From positions 6,847 through 70,846 of the forward strand of contig CAMWUW010000001.1 of the NCBI GenBank assembly GCA_947177525.1: a DNA stretch of 64,000 bases. The letters are read 5' to 3'. Made by a program: the position numbers and the translations under genes. Below the pieces are notes generated by a model that was not told the DNA's origin, made no database searches, and worked only from the letters and a program-made list of their open reading frames with translations. The stretch's first letter is position 1, and every line of letters starts with the position of its first letter. Source of the stretch: an uncultured Bacteroidales bacterium. GTDB lineage: Bacteria; Bacteroidota; Bacteroidia; Bacteroidales; UBA932. Shown piece after piece: positions 56,966-64,000 of this stretch.

Positions 56966-57613
56966 ATGAAATTGGTTTTTGCAACGGGCAATAGCGGCAA
57001 ACTGCGTGAGGCATCAGAAATTTTAGGCGAGGGCTTTGAGCTCGTTACCCCCGCGCAGGTAGGTGTTCCGGAGGACATTCCGGAGACAGGAAAAACATTG
57101 AGGGCCAACTCCATTCAGAAGGCCCAGTATCTTTATGACAAGAGCGGCAGCAATTGCTTTGCCGACGACACGGGGCTTGAGGTCGATGCCTTGGGCGGTG
57201 CACCGGGAGTCTATACGGCAAGATATGCCGGTGAGGACAAGGATTTCGTAAAGAATATGGACAAGGTGCTCCATGAACTTGAAGTTGTGGCCTCAGAGGC
57301 GAGAATGGCTTCTTCGCTTGGACTCAAGGTGAAGCCTGTTTCAAGAAGGGCGCGCTTCAAAAGCGTCATTACTCTTATCATAAACGGTGAAAAGCACATT
57401 TTCGAAGGCAGTCTGGAAGGTAAGATAGCATACGCAAAGTCAGGAAACGGCGGTTTCGGCTATGATCCGATTTTCATGCCTGACGAGTATCCTGGACAGA
57501 CTCTGGCTGATATAACGGAAGAACAGAAAAATGAGATTTCCCACCGTGGCAAGGCACTCCGGGCAATGGGGAAGTGGCTTGCAGACAACTTCGCGGAGGG
57601 ACGCCAGGCTTAG
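56966..57613 (+). CDS. rdgB: Non-canonical purine NTP pyrophosphatase
   Basis: Motifs FATGN.GK..E, ADDTGL.VDALGGAPGVY.ARYAG, GFGYDPIF, KN.ISHRG.A. Confidence 0.95.
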   Translation: MKLVFATGNSGKLREASEILGEGFELVTPAQVGVPEDIPETGKTLRANSIQKAQYLYDKSGSNCFADDTGLEVDALGGAPGVYTARYAGEDKDFVKNMDKVLHELEVVASEARMASSLGLKVKPVSRRARFKSVITLIINGEKHIFEGSLEGKIAYAKSGNGGFGYDPIFMPDEYPGQTLADITEEQKNEISHRGKALRAMGKWLADNFAEGRQA

Positions 57614-57667
57614 TTCTGAAGGCAGGACGCAAGTCTGTTTTTTTCGTCTGGAGACTCTTATGTTGTG

Positions 57668-58321
57668 ATGCATTCAAATACGGACCTTATAATACTTCAT
57701 GTCACCAAATGCGGCGAAAGTTCTGCCGTTGTCCACACTCTGAGCAGGGAATATGGGCGACGGGGACTTCTTGTGCGCGGAATGGGAAAGAAGACCTCAA
57801 TGGCGCGCTTCCTGCCGCTGAATATTGTTGAGGCCAGTGTAATGCCCCCGAAGTATTCCAAGATGTACACTGTGAAAGATGTCGTCCCCAAATACGCTCT
57901 GAACGGCATACGCGGCAATGTCTTCAAGAATTCCATGACAATGTTCATGAGCGAGGTGCTGTTCCGGGTTCTGAAGGAGGGGAGTGCCGGGGAAGGACTT
58001 TATGAATGGTGTGAGAAGAATATCCTTTTGCTTGATGCCATAGACACGGATTTCAGCAATTTCCACATAAGGTTTCTCCTGGAATTTGCAGTCGCCTTGG
58101 GTTTCAGTCCCGAAGCCGGTGACCTTGTTCCTTTTGTGGGGGAACACTATCCGCTGGTGGAACGTTTCATGAAGGAGTCTTTTGCCGAATCGATGCTTAT
58201 GCCTATGTCAGGGCAGGTACGGAATGAAATAGCAGAGGGAATCCTGCGCTACATAGAGTTTCACAGTGAAACGGCAGTGAATGTCAATTCCCTGAAAGTT
58301 CTCCGCGAACTTTTTGCCTGA
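57668..58321 (+). CDS. recO: DNA repair protein RecO
   Basis: OB-fold start (IILH..K.GE.S.VV), PL..VE, K......F.SEVL, NFH..FL, LGF.P, SL.VL.ELF. Confidence 0.8.
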   Translation: MHSNTDLIILHVTKCGESSAVVHTLSREYGRRGLLVRGMGKKTSMARFLPLNIVEASVMPPKYSKMYTVKDVVPKYALNGIRGNVFKNSMTMFMSEVLFRVLKEGSAGEGLYEWCEKNILLLDAIDTDFSNFHIRFLLEFAVALGFSPEAGDLVPFVGEHYPLVERFMKESFAESMLMPMSGQVRNEIAEGILRYIEFHSETAVNVNSLKVLRELFA

Positions 58322-58371
58322 CATATATGATTGATTGCCCTGCCGTAAATCCGGGGCATTTCATTCTCCGC

Positions 58372-58432
58372 TGTTCCAGGTCTGTCGAAAAAATGGCAGA
58401 CCTGGAACGCTTTTATATACATTCCAGGTCTG
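58372..58432. repeat. Family B solitary 38-bp palindromic unit plus half copy
   Basis: TGTTCCAGGT-N18-ACCTGGAACG at 58372-58409; TTCCAGGTCTG again at 58422. Confidence 0.85.
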
Positions 58433-58484
58433 TAAAACAGAGAGTCATATTAAACAACGGTGAAATATGACAGGACTGTCGGCA

Positions 58485-59390
58485 TCAGTCAAGATTCCTA
58501 TATCCTGTCTCCTTGACTTCATCAATGACCTTCAGCAGGTACTGCCCGTACTGGTTCTTCAGCATCGGGGCGGCCAGTTCCCGCATCCTCTCTTCTGTTA
58601 TCCATCCCTGTCTGTAGGCAATCCCTTCCAGACATGCCACTTTCAGCCCCTGCCGCTTTTCAAGCACCTCTATGTATACAGATGCCTCTGACAGAGAGTC
58701 GTGCGTTCCCGTGTCAAGCCAGGCAAACCCTCTTCCAAGTGTCTGTACCTTCAGTTCACCGTCTGCCAGAAAACGCTGGTTTACCGTGGTTATCTCGTAT
58801 TCTCCGCGCGCAGAAGGCTTGATGTTCTTTGCGACATCCACTACCTTGTTGGGATAGAAATACAGCCCCACGACGGCATAATTGCTTTTCGGATGTTCCG
58901 GCTTCTCCTCTATCGACAGGCAGTTGCCGGACTTGTCAAACTCCGCCACACCATAGCGCTCAGGGTCGCTGACCCAATAGCCGAAAACGGTAGCCTTGCC
59001 ATCCTGGTCAGCCGTCCGGACAGCCTCCCGTAGCAGGCCGGTGAATCCTGCGCCATGAAAAATGTTGTCGCCCAGAACAAGACACACACTGTCATTGCCG
59101 ATGAAGTCTGCACCTATAGTAAAAGCTTGGGCAAGACCGTCCGGAGAAGGCTGTTCTGCATATTCAAAATGAACACCATAATCAGAACCGTCACCGAGAA
59201 GACGCCTGAATCCCGGCAGGTCATGCGGGGTAGAGATGACAAGAATCTCCCTGATGCCGGCAAGCATGAGCACCGAGATGGGATAATATACCATCGGTTT
59301 GTCGTAGATCGGCATCAGCTGTTTCGATATTCCCTTGGTGATGGGGTAGAGACGGGTGCCGGAACCGCCGGCCAGTACTATTCCTTTCAT
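58485..59390 (-). CDS. rfbA: Glucose-1-phosphate thymidylyltransferase
   Basis: [17 protein letters not shown]...[34 protein letters not shown]. Confidence 0.97.
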   Translation of the reverse strand: MKGIVLAGGSGTRLYPITKGISKQLMPIYDKPMVYYPISVLMLAGIREILVISTPHDLPGFRRLLGDGSDYGVHFEYAEQPSPDGLAQAFTIGADFIGNDSVCLVLGDNIFHGAGFTGLLREAVRTADQDGKATVFGYWVSDPERYGVAEFDKSGNCLSIEEKPEHPKSNYAVVGLYFYPNKVVDVAKNIKPSARGEYEITTVNQRFLADGELKVQTLGRGFAWLDTGTHDSLSEASVYIEVLEKRQGLKVACLEGIAYRQGWITEERMRELAAPMLKNQYGQYLLKVIDEVKETGYRNLD

Positions 59391-59673
59391 GTGGTTGCTG
59401 TCATTTGTCGGTTAAACAATATATCTTGCCGACAACAGCCGTCGGCAATTGCAAAAATATACATAAAATATGAGCATGGCAACTCTTGTCACTGATGATG
59501 TTGAATAAGTTTTTGTTGTTCCGCTCTTTGTTCTGCTCCTCCATCCGGTGCCTGTTGCAGCAGTATCAGAAAAATCGTTAATTTTGTCACGGCAAAACGG
59601 TAATGGTATCGCAGTTTTACCGACTGACATTTTAGCTATTCGGTTTCTGTGTTTCAAACAATTTTAAAAGACT

Positions 59674-59892
59674 ATGAACATATTGATAATCAGCAATTAT
59701 TTTTACCCTCAGAATCTTATAGCTTCATTCAGAATCAATGCCTTCGCCAAATATTTCCATGAAGCCGGACATGACGTCACGGTTCTGACAGTTGGCGATA
59801 AAGACATTATTACCCAATGGGAAGGATGTGAGGTGCACTATCTGAAAGATTTGATAATGTCCGAGCGAAAGTTGCAGATAATTTCTAAATCA
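59674..59892 (+). pseudogene. Truncated GT4-like glycosyltransferase (N-terminus only)
   Basis: MNILIISNYFYP....S.R.......GHDVTVLT. Similarity stops after ~72 codons; the frame then reads into antisense rmlB/wzz DNA. Confidence 0.75.
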
Positions 59893-59895
59893 CCC

Positions 59896-60051
59896 GAGCC
59901 CCAGCGAATGCCCCTCGGGGTTGCCGAGAAGCCTGTCAACGGTACGTATAACCACCCTGATGATGTCGATGTTCTTCCACTCGTTGAACCCGCCGATGTT
60001 GTACGTCTCGGCAACTCGTCCCCTGTGGAAGATGAGGTCTATGGCCCTCGC
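59896..60051 (-). pseudogene. rfbB: Internal fragment of dTDP-glucose 4,6-dehydratase
   Basis: ARAIDLIFHRGRVAETYNIGGFNEWKNIDII...DRLLG.PEG.S is the RmlB C-terminal region; no start and no N-terminal Rossmann motif. Confidence 0.85.
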
Positions 60052-60358
60052 GGAAGTACTCCACGACGCCGCGCTCGCGCTTCGGGAGGTTCTCCATGCG
60101 AAGGACACCGTCACACTCAGGCTCGGGAGGGGAGAACAGCGAGAAGAACCACCCCGCGGCCTTGCCGGGGAGGCCGAGGACATAGGACCACCACGCCACA
60201 CGCTGGTGCTCGAGCATGTAGTCCAGGAGAGTCGTGGACAATTCCCCGTCAACTGTCTCCACCTCAAGACCAAACAGACCGAAAATGAACGGAACCGAAT
60301 GGACTACGTCTGGAAACAGGGAAGCATTTATCGCGTCTACACTGTTGTCCAAACTCAC
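60046..60358 (-). pseudogene. Internal fragment of a Wzz-like chain-length determinant
   Basis: DAINASLFPDVVHSVPF..LF...V.T.DG...TTL.DYM.EHQ...WW...LG.PG resembles Bacteroidales Wzz; both TM ends are missing. Confidence 0.7.
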
Positions 60359-60419
60359 GAAATATTTGAAAAAAATGCCATGGGGGGGGGGATTTTTCAT
60401 ACTGAAGTGCCGGAAAATA

Positions 60420-60451
60420 TTTGGTATTTTATCATATTTAGTATAGTTTTG
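60420..60451 (+). promoter_or_regulatory. Promoter of upxY capsule operon
   Basis: TTTG (60420-60423), 20 nt, then TAGTTTTG (60444-60451). Confidence 0.65.
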
Positions 60452-60633
60452 CAGAACTATGGGCTTGAAAATTTCCTGTTGGAATCTTCCCAAGACGTAT
60501 CGGTTGAGTATTTGGATTAATACAAACTGACTGCATTTATGACAAGTGCAATATATGTCTATCATGATTGTGTACTCCTTTTCCGGCGGACGGACGTCGC
60601 AGAAAAGGGGAATGGAAGTAGTATTCGTGTGTG

Positions 60634-61176
60634 ATGGGAATAATCGGTGAAAAGATAAGTTGGTACGCCATTAAAGTATTCTGGAACAAAGTATTCGATG
60701 TGGAAAAGGTATTGAAGGCCGACGGGTGCGAGAGCTACATCCCATGCCGCAAAGTTGTGACAGAAGGCAAAGGTGGACAGGCATGCGGGCGCAAGACAAT
60801 CATTCCGTCGCTGATGTTCTTCCGCTCCACGGAACAATATGCCCATGATCTTCAGGCAAGGCTTACTGACCGTATAATGCTGTATACATACCTTGACAAA
60901 AACAATGTAAGACACCCTTTCCCCATACCGGAGAAAGAAATGCAGATGTTCATGCTCGTGACATCAGCCGATGATGACGGCCTGGAGTGCTATCATGAAG
61001 AATACATGAGGCATAAGGTCGGAGAGAAGGTACGCGTTACCGGAGGACTGTTCAAGGGAGCTGAGGGCTATATAAAGCGGATAAAGCACAACCGGCGGCT
61101 GACTGTCACCGTGACAGGAGTCTGCATGGTCGCCACATCATATATAGAGCCATATTTTCTTGAAAAGATTGACTGA
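60634..61176 (+). CDS. upxY: UpxY/NusG-family transcription antiterminator
   Basis: WYAIKV, YIP, IIPSL.F, IPEKEMQ.F, KOW GEKVRVTGGLFKGAEG.I.R; first gene of a polysaccharide operon. Confidence 0.9.
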   Translation: MGIIGEKISWYAIKVFWNKVFDVEKVLKADGCESYIPCRKVVTEGKGGQACGRKTIIPSLMFFRSTEQYAHDLQARLTDRIMLYTYLDKNNVRHPFPIPEKEMQMFMLVTSADDDGLECYHEEYMRHKVGEKVRVTGGLFKGAEGYIKRIKHNRRLTVTVTGVCMVATSYIEPYFLEKID

Positions 61177-61217
61177 TCAAAATAACACTATAACCTTACT
61201 TAAACGATTTGTGTATC

Positions 61218-62399
61218 ATGGAAATTTATTATTTGACACTCTTCATTGCTGCAATGCTCAGTACTTGGTGCATTTATAAAAGTGTCCATAAAATTGCAGT
61301 AATAAAAAATATCACAGACAACCCGGACGCACGCAAACTGCAGAAAGTACCTGTTCCGTGCCTTGGAGGCGTTGCCGTCTTTTTCGGAATGATTGTAGCC
61401 CTGCTTGTGGCAGGTGTGGAATTTGAGGCGTCAAAGACATTTACCGTCGTTTGCGCATTTACGATAATGCTGTATATCGGCACGATGGATGATATCCTGT
61501 CGCTTTCGCCGATGCTGAGGTTTTTTGTGGAAATATTGGTGGTCGTCCTTCTTATTTATGGCGGATGCGGATGCATCGATGACTTTCATGGACTGTGGGG
61601 ACTGCGTGACATTCCGGACTGGATTGCCATACCTCTCACTATTTTCGCATGCGTCGGCACAATTAATGCAATCAATCTCATGGACGGTGTCAACGGGCTA
61701 AGTTCCGGATACTGCATCATGGCATGTATAGCGTTCGGTGCGGCCTCAATGTGGGCCGGAGACATGAAAAGTGCATCATTCGCAGTAATTTCCATCGGCT
61801 CGCTCATTCCATTCTTCTGTCACAATGTTTTCGGGGACAAGTCCAGAATGTTCATCGGCGACGGCGGAACGCTGCTCATGGGCACAATCATGGCCAACTT
61901 CATCATGAGCGTACTCAGAAACGACTCACCTCTGTCTTTTGTGGCTCACGATGACTTCGGGTTCATTCCGTTTGTTCTTGCAGTCCTTGCAATTCCGGTT
62001 TTTGACACCCTTCGTGTCATGACGGGCCGTATATTTCGCGGCACCTCTCCGTTCAGTCCGGACAAGACCCATTTGCATCACATGTTTTTCCGTCTGCAGT
62101 TCTCACATATCTTCACAACGGTAACAGAGATTGCAATGAACTTATTCATTATTGCCGCATGGTTTGCAAGCTGGCGCCTTGGAGCTTCTGTGGATGTCCA
62201 GCTGTACATTGTCATTGTTTTGGCATTTCTGGCGACATTCGGATTTTATTGGTATGCTGAGTCACAGGAAAAACGTCAGGGCCGCGGATGGCGTATACTT
62301 GTCAAAATCGGTGACTCTACCCACGTAAGACACAAAAGATGGTTCAAAAGATTTACAGCTGTTCTTGACAAAGGATACTATGAATATAATAAAGACTGA
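61218..62399 (+). CDS. Undecaprenyl-phosphate GlcNAc-1-P transferase (WecA/MraY family)
   Basis: Motifs DNPDARKLQ..PVP.LGG, G..DD, NAINL.DG.NGL, FIGDGG, P.FDTLRV, PD..HLHH. Confidence 0.92.
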   Translation: MEIYYLTLFIAAMLSTWCIYKSVHKIAVIKNITDNPDARKLQKVPVPCLGGVAVFFGMIVALLVAGVEFEASKTFTVVCAFTIMLYIGTMDDILSLSPMLRFFVEILVVVLLIYGGCGCIDDFHGLWGLRDIPDWIAIPLTIFACVGTINAINLMDGVNGLSSGYCIMACIAFGAASMWAGDMKSASFAVISIGSLIPFFCHNVFGDKSRMFIGDGGTLLMGTIMANFIMSVLRNDSPLSFVAHDDFGFIPFVLAVLAIPVFDTLRVMTGRIFRGTSPFSPDKTHLHHMFFRLQFSHIFTTVTEIAMNLFIIAAWFASWRLGASVDVQLYIVIVLAFLATFGFYWYAESQEKRQGRGWRILVKIGDSTHVRHKRWFKRFTAVLDKGYYEYNKD

Positions 62400-62949
62400 A
62401 ATTGACGGGGTTGTCATTCTGGAACCACGTATTTTCAATGATTCGAGAGGGTATTTCTTCGAATCATTTTCAGAAAGGGATTTCAACAACAATGTACGCC
62501 AGGTGCATTTTGTGCAGGATAATGAAAGCAAGTCAACTTATGGTGTACTGAGAGGACTTCATTTCCAGAAGCCTCCATACGCCCAAAGCAAGCTTGTGCG
62601 CGTAATCAAAGGAATGGTTTTGGATGTTGCCGTGGATATTCGACGCGGCTCTCCTACTTTCGGAAAGCATGTTGCCGTAGAACTCTCGGAAGACAATCAC
62701 CGCCAGTTCTTTATTCCGCGCGGATTTGCACACGGATTTGCAGTTCTCACGGACGAAGTAGTCTTCCAATACAAATGCGACAATTTCTATGCTCCGCAAT
62801 CAGAAGGGGCGATTGCATGGGATGATCCTGAGCTTGGGATAAACTGGAAAATACCGGCTTCAGATGTGATTCTTTCTGACAAGGACAGGTGCCATCCTCA
62901 TTTGGCACAGGCAGAATGGCTTTTTGATTATAACGAAAATCTATATTGA
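62380..62949 (+). CDS. rfbC: dTDP-4-dehydrorhamnose 3,5-epimerase
   Basis: Motifs DSRGYFFESF, FVQDNES.S..GVLRGLHFQ, DVAVDIR.GSPTFG, FAHGF, LSDKD. Confidence 0.97.
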   Translation: MNIIKTEIDGVVILEPRIFNDSRGYFFESFSERDFNNNVRQVHFVQDNESKSTYGVLRGLHFQKPPYAQSKLVRVIKGMVLDVAVDIRRGSPTFGKHVAVELSEDNHRQFFIPRGFAHGFAVLTDEVVFQYKCDNFYAPQSEGAIAWDDPELGINWKIPASDVILSDKDRCHPHLAQAEWLFDYNENLY

Positions 62950-62975
62950 AGAAACAGGTAATTACGATACAGACA

Positions 62976-64000
62976 ATGAAGATTTTTAAAATTTCAGTTG
63001 TATTGCTGATGATGCTGTGCATCGCTTTTCCATTGAATGCGCAGATGAGTGATGCTGCCGTAAAGAATTATGTAAAAACAGGTTTGGCAGCAGGAAAATC
63101 TCAGCAGGAAATAGCAAAGGAGCTTGCCGCCCGCGGTGTCACGCGCGAGCAGGCTGAGCGCATAAAAAAGAATCACGAAGAGAGCCAGAATTCAGATGAG
63201 GCAGTCCGCTCTGCCGGAATACAGGAAAGGGAGCGCCGGAGAGACTTGGGTATCAATGAAAGCAGCGCCAGTGATTTCGACATGCTGACCGCTGATGTTC
63301 AGGACGTTACGGAAGTATCTAACGCACAGGCCGCAAGACTCGTATTCGGACGTAACATCTTCACTAACCGCAATCTGACATTTGCCCCGAGTTCAAATCT
63401 TCCTACGCCGCTAAACTACAAGCTCGGTCCGGGGGATGAAATAATTATCGACATCTGGGGCACCAACCAAGCCACAATACGCCAGACGATTTCTACGGAA
63501 GGGACAATCAATATACCTGATCTCGGGCTTGTCAACCTTAACGGGATGACAATCAAGGAAGCCGACGCATATATGCGCCGTATGCTGGGAAGGATCTACT
63601 CGGTCGACGGATCTGACGCCGGATCTGAAATAAAGCTTACACTCGGCAATATCCGCACTATACAGGTCAATATGATGGGCGAAGTGGCAGTGCCAGGGAC
63701 ATATTATCTGTCCTCATTCTCGAACATCTATCATGCTCTTTATCGTGCGGGCGGCGTCAGCAGCCTCGGGTCGCTCCGTGACATAAGGCTCATCAGGAAC
63801 GGCAAGACCATAGCTTCACTTGATGTATATGAATTTATACTTGAAGGCAAATCTCCTGACGACATTATGCTGCAGGAGGGAGACATCATAATCGTCCCTG
63901 CATACAAAATGCTTGTAGATATTTCAGGCAACGTGAAACGTCCGATGGTTTATGAGATGAAAGACGGTGAGACAGTCAATGATCTTCTTGAATATGCAAG
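62976..64000 (+). CDS. Polysaccharide export protein with SLBB domains (Wza/KpsD-like), runs off window
   Basis: Absent from the ORF track because it has no stop. Read from ATG 62976: MKIFKISVV...AQMSD..V..., VFGRNIF, NYKLGPGDEI.IDIWG, GEV..PG.Y, ALYRAGG...GSLRDI. Confidence 0.88.
   Translation, partial: MKIFKISVVLLMMLCIAFPLNAQMSDAAVKNYVKTGLAAGKSQQEIAKELAARGVTREQAERIKKNHEESQNSDEAVRSAGIQERERRRDLGINESSASDFDMLTADVQDVTEVSNAQAARLVFGRNIFTNRNLTFAPSSNLPTPLNYKLGPGDEIIIDIWGTNQATIRQTISTEGTINIPDLGLVNLNGMTIKEADAYMRRMLGRIYSVDGSDAGSEIKLTLGNIRTIQVNMMGEVAVPGTYYLSSFSNIYHALYRAGGVSSLGSLRDIRLIRNGKTIASLDVYEFILEGKSPDDIMLQEGDIIIVPAYKMLVDISGNVKRPMVYEMKDGETVNDLLEYA

Noticed and set aside
59674-60288. 204-aa ORF as an intact gene
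   Set aside because: Only the first ~72 codons look like a glycosyltransferase; the remainder is antisense read-through of rmlB/wzz fragments.
59400-60630. Invertible capsule promoter
   Set aside because: I could not find a convincing inverted-repeat pair flanking either promoter, and no recombinase is in the window. A computed IR search is needed to exclude it fully.

Overview
Chromosomal window from a Bacteroidales bacterium. This is inferred from the SusC/SusD pairs, TAnnTTTG-type promoters, long-tailed S16 and an upxY-led capsule locus. In order it holds: (1) the end of a dapD-aminotransferase-dapF lysine operon; (2) a ~23 kb N-acetylhexosamine PUL with ROK repressor, MFS transporter, N-acylglucosamine 2-epimerase, an unknown large lipoprotein, SusC/D, two DUF4855-like proteins, two GH20 and a GH89, but no sialidase, NanA or sulfatase; (3) rimM-rpsP and tRNA-Leu(GAG), followed by a ~1.5 kb non-coding island of at least three structured repeat families, two of which recur elsewhere in the window; (4) housekeeping and iron genes, including a feoA-feoB fusion with a 14-bp tandem repeat in its linker; (5) a SusR-type beta-1,3-glucan PUL (GH16, GH3) and a CotH-like lipoprotein; (6) ctpA, rdgB, recO; (7) the start of a capsular polysaccharide locus, preceded by a scrambled mosaic of glycosyltransferase, rmlB and wzz fragments. 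No integrase, transposase, cas gene or phage gene was recognised. All family calls come from motif recognition by eye, not database searches.
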